In this document: one piece after another, positions 40,813 through 52,884 of the stretch
Numbering within the stretch: position 1 is the stretch's first letter
Layout of the letters: the number at the start of each line of letters is the position of its first letter
Assembly: GCA_951406725.2 (NCBI GenBank)
Contig: OX597815.1
Coordinates: 158,968,001-159,032,000 of the forward strand
Direction of reading: 5' to 3'
Length of the DNA: 64,000 nucleotides
Source of the DNA: Octopus vulgaris
Taxonomy: Eukaryota
Translations under genes and position numbers: made by a program
The notes under the pieces: model-generated
Seen by the model: the letters and a program-made list of their open reading frames with translations, nothing else
What the model was told of the DNA's origin: nothing
The model's database searches: none

Positions 40813-41371
40813 AAAATAGGACAAGAACGCAAAACATCCAGACACTTATGTGATACTAAAAAGGACAACGAAACATCCAGTCAGACGATACAAAGAAAAC
40901 AAGGACGGGTCAGTCTGAGTTTTCTTTCCTCAGTCACCTTTTAACTTTTATCTTTTACATGTTTTACTCGTAAGACAGCGGCCTAGGGCACCGCCTTCAA
41001 CAAATTTTAGTCATTCTGCATCGACTTTTCTTACTTTTCTAGAGCCTGTTACCTAGTCTACCGGTCTGTTTTGACGAACTGCTGCGTTACAGGGACGTAA
41101 ACACACCAGCACCGCTTGTCAAAGTGGGGAAAACCAACAAATACACACGCGCGCGCGCGCGCACAAACACACACATACACACAACTATACGAGGGACTTC
41201 TTTTAGATTCCAGCTACCAGATCCACTTACAAAGCTTTGTAGGGTCCGAGGCTATGATGTAAGACACTTGCCCAAAGTGCCACGCAGGGGGACTGAACGC
41301 AAAACCATGTGGTTGGGAAGCAATCTTCTTACCACACAGCCACACCATACATACATATATACATACATACA

Positions 41372-41418
<47 letters not shown>

Positions 41419-41574
41419 TCATATATCAATATATATATATATAGATATATATATTTATATATATATATATATATATATATAGGGAGAACTCACAAAAAAA
41501 AAAACAAAATATGAAGACAGTTAGTGTACACAACAAACAGATGTATTAGTTTAACCGTCGGGAAGTGAAAATGT

Positions 41575-41610
41575 CTTTAACGTTTCGATCCTACGCTCTT
41601 CCACAGAAAG
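41575..41610 (-). ncRNA. Hammerhead-like motif with variant core CUGUGGA
   Basis: CUUU-CUGUGGA-A-GAGC[GUAG]GaUC-GAAA-CG-UU-AAAG next to a TA tract; an internally deleted relative at ~11088-11110 reads CUGUCGA. Confidence 0.55.
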
Positions 41611-41782
41611 GAACAGAAAGAAACAAGGAGAGAGAATAAAGAATGTTTGGTGGCTAGCGATCTATCATGGCGACTAAGTGAATATATATACTAAGTGAAT
41701 TATGAACTATTACAAACGGATGGTGGCTATATGAATATTGATAGATGGGAAGTCATTTATACAAATGTGTATGTGTGTACAC

Positions 41783-41870
<88 letters not shown>

Positions 41871-41875
41871 GTATG

Positions 41876-41943
<68 letters not shown>

Positions 41944-41954
41944 ATACATCGCAA

Positions 41955-42330
41955 TACTTCGTCGGTTACGACGGCGAGGGTTCCAGTTGATTCGATGAAC
42001 GGAATAGCCTGCTCGTGAAATTAACGTGCAAATGACTGAGCACTCCACAGACACATGTAACATCAACGTAGTTCTCGGAGAGATTCAGCGTGACACAGAA
42101 TGTGATAAGGCTGGCCCTTTGAAATGCAGGTACAGAAACAGGAAGAAAGCGTGAGAGAAAGTTGTGGTGAAAGAGTACGGCAGGGTCCACCACTCAAACC
42201 CTGCTGGAGCCTCATGGAGCTTTAGGTGTTTTCACTGAATAAACACTTATAACGCCCGGTCTGGGGAACGAAAGTGCGATCCTACGACCGCGTGTCCGCT
42301 GCCCTAACAACTGGGCTATTACACCTCCAC
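41955..42330 (-). mobile_element. Family 1 SINE (diverged)
   Basis: Colinear with 37637-38023. Confidence 0.87.
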
Positions 42331-42345
42331 TCATACATACATATA

Positions 42346-42424
<79 letters not shown>

Positions 42425-42501
42425 TGAAATTAGGAACAAGTTTTCATCAGAATAAACGAATAATACGTCTGTACACCCTCGGGATGTTTAAAGAAAATAT
42501 A

Positions 42502-42560
<59 letters not shown>

Positions 42561-42981
42561 CATGATGATGACGATGATAATGATGACGACAACAACAATA
42601 ATAATAATAATAATAAATTAAATCTGTGGTTCTCTACTGCATTTCTTGTTTTTCCTATTTTTTTTTTTTTTTTGCTTTTTGGAAATTTATACTGTACCAA
42701 AAACTTACTTTTTGCCGTGTTTCATTCCCATTAATCATATTAAGAGCCATATTAGATTTTATTGCTTCTAATGTCCTCTGATATTCTAATATTCTAATGT
42801 TCTAATGCGAATTTGAGACGGAAAAATATCACCAACAACATTTTATTAATACTAATTTTAACCAAGATCACTTCTTCATTGGAAGAATAAACCGTTACGC
42901 TACTGCATTCAAGCACACGCACTTAAAAACGCACATATAAAACATTTCTCATGATCTGTATATACATACGTCCCTTTTACC

Positions 42982-43012
<31 letters not shown>

Positions 43013-43270
43013 CATACATACATACATACATACATACATACATACATACATACATACATACATACATGCATGCATGCATGCATGCATGCATGCATGCATG
43101 CATACATACATACATACATGCGTAAGTACATATATACATGCATACATAATGCATACACACATTCATACATACATATATACACGCATACATACATACATAC
43201 ATACATACATACATACATACATACATACATACATACATACATACATACATACATACATACATACATACAT

Positions 43271-43560
43271 AAAGTTAAAGATCGGGGAAAAAGAAACTAC
43301 CTACGCTGAACTATTGAGAAATTTGCAGTTACTCTATCCCGATTACAAATTCAGTTATTGGGGCACACTGCCTAAATACAAATCTTGAGAAATTAGGCTT
43401 CTCAAAACCAGAAAGGAGAAAGCCGATTCGAAGATTACAGATCTAAACCATCACTGGAACTGTAAAAATCTGTAAAACTTTCCAGAAGTTTATCATTTAA
43501 ATATATATGAGCATGTCTAGACATGCAATTATATGCATGCATACATACAACAAAACATAC
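43271..43560 (+). mobile_element. 3' end of a second REL-endonuclease (R4-like) retrotransposon adjoining (CATA)n
   Basis: KLKIGEKETTYAELLRNL..., then after a frameshift VIGA...LEKLG...RLQI*TITGTVKICKTF, paralleling the C-terminus of ORF 44493-45326. Directly follows the CATA array 42983-43270 and ends in CATACATAC. Confidence 0.65.
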
Positions 43561-44522
43561 AAATTTGCACATATGTGTACATACACACATACATATATAC
43601 GTGCATATATACGTACGTGTGTATGTGTGTGTGTGTGTATTTAATTTTAAAATAGGATAAAATCTTTATAAGAATTTATCAAGTAATCAGCGTGAAAAAC
43701 CTCATAAGGGAAAAATTTTGAATTATTCCTTTTAAATATATTTATTTATATTAAGGGCATTTCTATACATAAATGCCTCACGTTATGAGGGACTCTTAAA
43801 ATCAAAACTACCATAATAAATACAGTGTACCGAACGCGAGGGAATGCAAAACTCGAAGCGAGTTCCTTAAAAACAGATTCAGAATCAAATTATCTTATAG
43901 CCGGTAAGAGACCAAACCAAATTTAGCGTGAGTTGAAATTGTTGTTTATTGGTGAAATTTGTTGTTTGAATTTGTATCAGTGTTAAATTTGTATCAGTCT
44001 TCATTTGAACACTTCTGTCAACCGTTTTGTGCTACTTTGAACCAACTAGAATGATGCTGTTTGAAGACTACGGCTCTTCGGGGCTGTTTTCTTCGGAGGA
44101 GAAGCTGGTGAATGCAATTAAGAAGATAGACGAAAAAATGGGGGGTGGGGTGAAAGAGCTAGTCCAATGCCACGGAAGTAAGAAATAAAGAAGTCGACTT
44201 AAAGAAGCTAAAGAATTATGGGAAAATACTGCATAGTGAGGGGGGTGATGTTGAATTTTCACCACCCCAAGGAATTTTAGAAAGAATACAAGAGAAGACT
44301 ATCATCTACAAGGTCTATTCCATAAAGGAAAAGAAGTTAGAAGTAATGCTAATTGAAAAGATAGAAAAGGTACTGAAACCTATCTGGCAAGATATGTAAT
44401 ATCTTGCCAGATGAAACAAATATGGCATGGTGGAAGTTCGTCTGAGAGAGGCAACCAAGGCAAAGCAAATTTCGGCAACCTCGTTGGTGTTTCTACCCAC
44501 GTACCTTGGAAAGAGAGCTTCC

Positions 44523-46677
44523 AAGTGTTCTGCGTAGGATGTGTGCAGTGCCTAGTAGTGCAACTTTCTGTATGTTATATGTGTTTGTAAGTCCTGGTGT
44601 TTTTGTTATGTATTTGTCTGAATATTTTTTTATCATGCCTACTGCACCTATTATGATAGGAATTGTTTCTGCTTTTAGATTCCACATTCTGGTTACCTCT
44701 ATTTCCAGGTCTTTGTATTTTGAGAGTTTCTCCATTTCTTTTAGAGACACGTTGTCATCCGCTGGTATTGATACATCAATTAGAAAACATTTTTTTTCTT
44801 CATGATCTCTGACAACTATATCTGGTCTGCTGGCCTTAATTTCTCTATCTGTGTGTATTGGCATATCCCAGAGTATGGTTGCTTTCTCGTTTTCTGTGAC
44901 CTTTTCTGGAGTGTGCCTATACCATCTTTTTTCTGTTGTTATTCCATAATGTTGGCATAGTTTCCAGTGTATATAGGTCCCAACACTGTCGTATCTGTGA
45001 ATATATTCCTTCTTAGCCAGGACTGGGCAGCCAGAGATAATATGATTTATTGTTTCTTGTCCATCTCCACATATTCTGCAGTTACTTGTTATATTTCTTT
45101 TCATTACATGTTTTTGGTAATTTCTGGTGGGAAGGCTTTGGTCTTGTGCTGCAATTAAAAATCCTTCTGTCTCTGCTTTGAGTCCTGAGCTTCTCAACCA
45201 TTGTTGGGATTTTTCTTTGTCTATTTCTTTTGCATTTAGTTTAGTCCAGTATTTGCCATGAAGGGGCTTTCCTTGCCATCGTTTTATCATGGTTCGTTGC
45301 TGTTCTATTTTTAGTTTGGATTTCATTTGTTTTATAGCTTTTGTTGTTTCTTCATCTTCTTCTTCTTCATATTTGTTAGGTGGTATGATTTCTTGTTTGT
45401 ATTTGTCAGCTTCCTTAAATACCGAGAACAGTTTTTTGTTTTGCTCGTGTTTTGCCGCTATTTTTATCAGTTTTCCTTCTGAAGTAGATATTTTGCAGCC
45501 CTATGGTGGTTATTTTATAGTAGTTTTCCAGCTGTATAAGGCCTCTACCACCATCTATACGTTGTATATATAACCTTTTTATGTCAGATTTTGTGTGATG
45601 CATCCTAGATCCTGTCATCATTTTTCTTGTTTTCCTATCTATTTTGGTCAGTTCATTTAGTGTCCAGTTAAGGATATTGTAGCTGTAACTTATAACTGGG
45701 AGCTAAAGTGTTGATACCTATTATCTTGTTTTTAGCATTGAGCTCTGTTTTTAGTATTGATCTAACTCGTCTATAATATTCTTTTTTTATTTTCTCTTTT
45801 GATTTGTGTGAGTTGTGTCTTATCTAGTTCATGGATTCCTAAGTATTTGTAAGTTTGACTTTGGTATAATTCTTTTATTTCATTGGTTTTATCTAATGTG
45901 ATGTTGCTACTCTTAATTAGTTTTCCTCTTTTCAGGGTTACTTTGGCGCATTTCTCTAATCCAAATTTCATATATATTTCTTTGGTAAATCCATGAACTG
46001 TCTTTAGTAGTGTTTCCAGCTGTTTGTCATTTGTAGCGTATAGTTTTAGGTCATCCATATATAAAAGGTGGCTGATCGTTTTGCCGTAACATTTATATCC
46101 GCATCCAGTTCTGTTTAGCATATCTGATAGAGGTGACAGTGCCAAGCAGAAAAGGAGTGGAGAGAGCGTATCTCCCTGGAATATTCCTCTTCTAATGGGG
46201 ATGGCTTTGGTTTTCACAAGTCCCTCTTTTGTTTGGAGCTGTAGCACTGTTTGCCATTTATTCATAGAGTGTCTTATGTACTTTATAATTGTTGGTGCAA
46301 CTTTGTTCATGGCTAGTGTTTCGAGAATCTATGTGTGGGGAATGCTATCAAACGCCTTTTTGTAGTCGATCCAGACCATACTGAGGCCTTTCTTCTTTCT
46401 GTGGCTGTCTTCAGTTATGGCTTTATTGATCATTAGTTGATCTTTACAGCCAAATGAGCCTTTGCGGCATCCTTTCTGCTCTTCTGGAAACAGGTTGTTT
46501 TCGTCCAGGTGCTTGTTCAATCTTTGCGATATTACTACAGTAAATGCTTTGTACATTGTAGGGAGACAGGTTATAGGTCTGTAGTTTTCTGGTTTTGCTG
46601 TCTCATTTGATTTGGGAATTAAGATGGTTTTCCCCTTCGTGAGCCATTCAGGCATTGTCTCTGGTTCTGCTAGTATG
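44523..46677 (-). mobile_element. R4/Dong-clade non-LTR retrotransposon (RT, CCHC and REL endonuclease), frameshifted and truncated at both ends
   Basis: NYRPITCLPTMYK, DYKKAFDSIPH, FQGDTLSPLLF, YMDDLKLY, CRICGDGQETINHIISGC and RPDIVV...IDVSIP...KLSKY across four ORF pieces; 5' end joins (TAA)n. Confidence 0.93.
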
Positions 46678-46684
46678 TTATTAA

Positions 46685-46760
<76 letters not shown>

Positions 46761-46763
<3 letters not shown>

Positions 46764-46969
46764 TAGTTTTATTTTTATAGCGTGCTTTCACTTCACTACC
46801 GAGCGCAGCTCTGTGTGCCTTGGGTATGTGCTGTGATTTGTTGTGATGCTCTGATGGTTATTGTATGGAAAGTGTTCTGCGTAGGATGTGTGCAGTGCCT
46901 AGTAGTGCAATTTTCTGTATGTTATATGTGTTTGTAAGTCCTGGTGTTTTTGTTATGTATTTGTCTGAA

Positions 46970-46972
<3 letters not shown>
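46761..46972 (-). mobile_element. 5'-truncated copy of the same R4/Dong element, with 3' UTR, inside (TAA)n
   Basis: 46870-46972 matches 44523-44625 almost exactly; TTA repeats on both sides. Confidence 0.92.
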
Positions 46973-47021
<49 letters not shown>

Positions 47022-47259
47022 AAGGTGGTGAGCTGGCAGAGTCGTTAGCACGCCGGACAAAATGCTTAGCGGTGCTTAGCCTGTCTTTACGTTCTGAGTT
47101 CTAATTCCGCCTAGGTCGACTTTGTCTTTCATCCGTATGAAGTCGATAAAATAAGTACCAGTTGAGTACTGGATTTGATGTAATCGACTAGCCCCCTCTC
47201 CTGAATTTTCTGGCCTTGTGCCAAAATTTGAAATCATCTTTATTATTATTATTATTATT

Positions 47260-47795
47260 GAGTGAGAGAGCAGTGCATGCCATCAAAGTGACACTGGGGC
47301 AAAGTATACGAAGCCCAATATACCCATCATAACTACTCGTTTGATAAGGGTACATCAGGCACATGCATCACAAGCATATATGGGTGATATGGTGATCTCA
47401 TATCAAGATAAACAATCCATGACCTTGCAGGAGGAACCCAGTTAGAATCTTCTTCAGGTTGAGTAGCCCATCCTGCTCAAATGGTCCTTGAATAAGAGTT
47501 GTCTAAGGATATGATCAAAACACCCCTGTTTCCAGAGGTGAGTTATTCAAACTCCAAAGAATTCCTCTCAACACATGGCTATGATGCTCCCCTACTACTC
47601 TTGCTCGTGGTCAGAGATGCAAATATCGTCATGCACCAAAGGATATGCTCAGCTGGTTAAGGTCAAACAACTGACAAGCAAATCTGTGGTATTGAGCATC
47701 TTTTATACCAGGCCAAAATAATGTACATGATAATACTTCCAATCAGTTAAGATCAGAAGCCTTAAGAGGCAGTGCCTCGTAATGCATCAGGGCAC
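47260..47795 (-). mobile_element. ~535-bp non-coding dispersed element flanked by (TAA)n on both sides
   Basis: TTA runs at 47240-47259 and 47796-47866; partial second copy near 1570-1722; strand is inferred. Confidence 0.65.
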
Positions 47796-47866
<71 letters not shown>

Positions 47867-47869
47867 GAG

Positions 47870-49092
47870 TGTCATCTTTGTCTTCCTCAGTCTCTTCATC
47901 TCTCTGGTTAGATCCTAGTATTTTTTAGTTTTTTCAATTTCTTTGGTATCCGATCTTTTATCATATGGTATTGCAAAATTCATGGTCTCATTCACCCCAC
48001 CTTTCATTTTTGGTGGGGCTGTGGTGGCTGAGGGATTGCAATTGTCTCTTGCATTTAACAATCCTATGTGTTTCCAGTGCGTTTTTCACTCGCCGGTCGT
48101 TCATAAGGAGGGGTTTTGATGGATGATGTTGTATGCTTCCATGTTCCCTGGATCATGTATTAATATTAATAAGACAAAGTTTTACGTGTTTCATAGGGTT
48201 TTCTTGTTTTTTAGTAATTCTTGGATTCTATCGTTTTTACACGTTCTATTCCGTTTTTGATTAAGCTAGCCGGATACTTTCTTTCTAGTAATGTGTTTTT
48301 AAGTTCTTGGAGTCTTTCTTTTTCTTAATCCTAATCTTGGGTTTCGGAAACCCGAGATAAACTTTGTCTTACTTATCAACACACAATCCGAGGAAAATGG
48401 AAGCATACAACATCATCCATCAAAACATACCCCTCCTTATGAACGACCTGCGAGCAAAAACACTGGAAACACACATAAGATTATTAAAAGCAAGCGACAA
48501 CCGCAATCCCTAAAAATGTTATTTACTAGTGCCAAATTACCCATCAAATATACAACCCTACTAGTAAAAAAATGCAACCGCCCTAACTGCAGGACTTACA
48601 TCTACTTCTTGGTGAGCTCAACATATAAATTTAAGTCAGGTCAAACTTTCACCGTAAAAAATCACTCCACCTGTGCATCGAAGAACTTAATCTATGTCCT
48701 CAAATGTGGTGGATGTGATGGAGACTACACAGGTCAAACTACGTTGTTTTACCTTGAGGAACAGACTGACGGTACACAGGCAACAAATCCGGGACCCCAT
48801 GACCAGGAAAATTCCCGTAAGCAAACACCTAGATGAATGCCCCGCAGACATAAGCCGGAAATACCAAATATTCCCCCTCTATCGATACACCAGAAACATT
48901 TCAACCCAATTTCGATTGAATAAGGGAAACATGCTCATCTATAATAAATGCGAAAGCGAATGTCAGTGTGTCACACTTTTCCCACATTACTTTTCCGACC
49001 CCCTCGCTCACTATTCAATGACACTTCTTCTGTTCGTCATGCTTTACCCCTCTCTTACTATTCAATGACTATTCTACTGTTCTTCATTCTTG
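47870..49092. mobile_element. Penelope-like element relic in head-to-head arrangement (RT thumb and GIY-YIG endonuclease)
   Basis: Minus 48230-48324 reads ERLQELKNTLLERKYPASLIKNGIERVK. Plus reads TCASKNLIYVLKCGGCDGDYTGQT and LRNRLTVHRQQI..P...IPVSKHLDEC. Diverged inverted arms at ~48031-48192 and ~48347-48511. Confidence 0.85.
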
Positions 49093-50165
49093 TTCTTTTT
49101 TCTTAATCCTAACATTTTGAAAAAATATTATAACTATTTCCAAAAGTAATTTCCAAAATAAACATTTTGAAAAAATCTTTCTCTAAATATTATAACAGTA
49201 TCAGGTAATTTAACCATAATACGTGCTTCATAATGTTCAGAACTGAAATAATATTGAACTCACTCTCTCATACAATGTTAATTCTCATTACTCTCTACCA
49301 TAAAACCATAGAAACTTAGTATTTTTTCAGATATCATCAAATTTGCTCGACGCGCTGATGATTCTAACTTTTCGCCGCCTTCGTATATATCAAAATAATC
49401 CTTTCTTTTCTTGGCACACAGCCAGCAGTTTTGAAGGGTGGAGAAGTCAATTGCCTCGACCCCAGTACTCAACATATATTTGTTTTATAAATTCTAAATA
49501 GACCTATTTTCATGCCGTCGAAGCTATGGAAACTTAACCCACTCCGACTGCATGAAAACTCATTCGACTCATTTTATTATTACCTTAAAAATTACTAAAT
49601 TTCAAACATCTTTATGGTCAAATACGTTTAGAGCAATTCCAAACCATAAAAATCGCGCTTTAAAATAGTGTTTAGCGACAATGGTTTTTTCCTTTAGACT
49701 ACGAACAGGAGTTTAGATACGTACCAGCTTCTACAAATAATTGTTTGTACGATAAGTAAGGCCCGGAGTACATCAAATTGTCCTTAAATTAAGCGGCGGC
49801 AGAAGAATTATCATTGAACTTTAAAAAGGTGAGTTTATTGCTGCCTGCAGCCAGCTATATGTTAGTTGTTCAAGGGTAGGGATGGAAACAAGCTATTTGT
49901 ACTGACACCGAATGGGAAGACAAAAAATGTTTATCATGCAGCTTTGCAATAAGTTCCAAATCGGCAAATTATATCATTGTTTTGATGAAAATTGTTCATT
50001 GCTTGAAAAATATTGTCCAAGTTTAATAGAATCTAATATTTACTCAATGCATAAAGTAGCATTGTTGGGCCCAAGGTCCAATGACGTGCCCTCGACAGGA
50101 GCCAGCTTAAAAGCCGCCCAAAAATACGAACCGCAAGAAAGGAGAAAAAGCTGTTTCTCCACATC

Positions 50166-50196
<31 letters not shown>

Positions 50197-50319
50197 CCCA
50201 TACACAAAAGCAAGCAAATACAACAGACATAATTCGAAAACTTTAGCAACAAGCTCCATACTGCGTTTCGAAACGCCAACTCCAAATCACTATACAATAA
50301 TACCATACACCTTCTCAAA

Positions 50320-50420
50320 CACCAGTTGCTGACGTCACTTCTCACTAGACCAATGAAGTTTTACCTCCGGACCGTCAGAAAAAGTCAAACTAACACCTTA
50401 AGACAATCAACCAACCGGAA
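50320..50420. promoter_or_regulatory. Candidate promoter motif cluster (CRE, CCAAT, ETS-like)
   Basis: TGACGTCA 50330-50337, CCAAT 50350-50354 and ACCGGAA 50414-50420 in unique, CpG-retaining sequence. Motif match only. Confidence 0.35.
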
Positions 50421-51239
50421 CGGCTAATGACCATTAGGCAGAAGCTAATGACCGAGTCCCTACGGGGAAGTCAACCAAGCAGAACGCCACACTTGACCAA
50501 AACAAAAACAGGTTTTTTTTATCAAAATGAAGGAACGTCACAAAACCCACTACTAATCAAAACCTCTTCCTCAACCAAAACACTGACGAAAAACAACCAC
50601 CAGAAATAATAAGACGTCATGAAAATTATAACGAATCAAAAATTAGATCCTTTTGCGTCAAAATACCTATATACACAAGACATTCTCTGATTCCCCCCAA
50701 AACTCCGTTAAAAGCGAAAAGACGAGTACACAACGGAAAAAAGAACTACGCGCAAGACGAGAGAAACTGAAAAAAAGAAAAATCCTTTTTCTCTCGTTTT
50801 CTCTATCTTGTCCACATATTCCATAAAAATTCAGTATAACCGAACTTTTAATAATGTACACTTATTATATTCTTCGCCGAACATTTACTTTGATATTATC
50901 TGTCACTGTCATTGAGTTTTTTGTGAACATTTGATCATTTTAACATGTTTATTCGATTTCTATTTCGTAATTTTAAGCTCTGTTAAAATCCCATTGTTTT
51001 ATATGCATTTCTACTGTTGATAAACAAAAGAATTCTTGAAACTACTTTGATAAATACGTGAATAAATCTATTTAAAAACAACTACGCGTCTTTCAAATTC
51101 AGGTGCATTTTCAGAAACAAATTCTCCTATATTTTTTTTATTTGCGTGGTAATACACCTCTTCTTTCCCTGTTTTATTATATATATATTAAATGATTGAG
51201 ACAGAAAGAAGATGGAGTGTAACTAGAAGCACCTATTAG

Positions 51240-51342
51240 CACAACAATTGTTTCGGCTTCATTCTACACTGCTCCCTAGTGGGTGTGGGACGATATAATG
51301 ACACCAGATGCAACGTACAGTGTAAAAGTGCCTTATCAGGTG
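51240..51342 (-). ncRNA. Hammerhead motif with long stem II (core CUGAUAA, probably mutated)
   Basis: CAC-CUGAUAA-GGC..UUUUACACUGU[..]GCAGUGUAGAA..GCC-GAAA-CAAUUG-UU-GUG. Palindromic stem III ACAAUUGU; TA runs on both sides of the insert. Confidence 0.62.
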
Positions 51343-51437
51343 ACGTAAGATGCTTCACAAGTTCCCAGATTTACATTTCATTTTCGCTTCAAATTATACG
51401 CTGATGGTGAGATGCCAGCAGTTCGGACACATAAGTA

Positions 51438-51502
<65 letters not shown>

Positions 51503-51519
51503 ATATATATATATACATG

Positions 51520-51556
<37 letters not shown>

Positions 51557-51559
51557 GAT

Positions 51560-52350
51560 ATATAAACAAGAAGGGTAGTAATATTATTTACTACCAGGTG
51601 CCCAACACAAAAGACGAATTAGTCATAAGACAAAAATATTATTCATATAGAAAAATATTATTCATGTAGTTATACAATTAAGGGCTCCTAAATTAAGATG
51701 CCGAGTGCTGGGAACACAAAAAGGGGATGAATTTATCGAGAGTGAAAATCAAAAACGTTTACCGATAACTTTTACAACTCGAACCGCGGTTTCTGCTTCT
51801 TTCTAGCAAAACACAGAATAGGTTTGCTAAGGCTAGCTTCATCAGCGAGTCGCCTAAGTTTAATCGAGGTCTGCAGCGATGTGGGACCATGTGTTGAACC
51901 CGACTACTAGCAGATCTTAACTTTTCAAATCTCTGCGCAGACGCAAAACTTACTCGGCAGTATCGGGCATGCCGGGAAGAATTTTACGAATAAATCCATC
52001 ATGTAATATGCGAATATAAACAAGAAGGGTAGTAATATTATTTACTACCAGGTGCCCAGCACAAAAGACGAATTAGTCATAAGACAAAAATATTATTCAT
52101 ATAGAAAATGCTAGTAGTCGGGTTCAACACATGGTCCCACATCGCTGCAGACCTCGATTAAACTTAGGCGACTCGCTGATGAAGCTAGCCTTAGCAAACA
52201 TATTCTGTGTTTTGCTAGAAAGAAGCAGAAACCGCGGTTCGAGTTGTAAAAGTTATCGGTAAACGTTTTTGATTTTCACTCTCGATAAATTCATCCCCTT
52301 TTTGTGTTCCCAGCACTCGGCATCTTAATTTAGGAGCCCTTAATTGTATA
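51560..52350. mobile_element. Young hammerhead-bearing non-coding element, A-B-C-A-B(inverted), inside (TA)n
   Basis: 95-bp direct repeat 51560-51654 / 52014-52108 (1 mismatch); 242-bp inverted repeat 51671-51912 / 52109-52350 (1 mismatch). Confidence 0.9.
52168..52247 (+). ncRNA. Type-I hammerhead motif with extended stem II (mirror copy on - at 51774-51853)
   Basis: GCGACUCG-CUGAUGA-A-GCU..UAGCAAA[..]UUUGCUA..AGC-A-GAAA-CCGCGG-UU-CGAGUUGU. 8-bp stem I (2 G-U), palindromic ACCGCGGU, GUU triplet. Confidence 0.8.
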
Positions 52351-52682
52351 TATATATATATATACATATATATTTGTATAAATACATATATGTATGTATA
52401 TATACATATATATATATTTATATATATTCTTTTATTCTTTTACTTGTATCAGTCATTTGACCTCGGCAATACTGTACCACCATTTTAAAGGGTTTTAGTC
52501 GAAGAAAACTACACCAGGACTTATTCTTTGTAAGCCTATTACCTATTCTACCGTTCTCTTTTGCCGAACCACTAAGGTGGGTGGGGACAAACACAGACAC
52601 AAAGACACACACATAAATTTATGCACACACACACACATGTACGTATATACATATATATATTTATACACATACACACACACAC

Positions 52683-52713
<31 letters not shown>

Positions 52714-52812
52714 AATATATACTGTGGTGTAAAAATTATATACGTATGCTTCTGAATGAAACGTTCGTAAGATAATCGCTTATCGTTTGTCATCTCTTTT
52801 TTCTTTATAGAC

Positions 52813-52884
<72 letters not shown>

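Noticed and set aside
44050-44518. Possible L1/Tx1 ORF1 remnant (…YGMVEVRL…FLPTYLGKR)
   Set aside because: The resemblance is from memory only, with several stops; not supportable without a search.
44493-46655. RT ORFs as a functional gene
   Set aside because: Split by frameshifts, 5'-truncated and missing the native 3' end; a dead retrotransposon copy.
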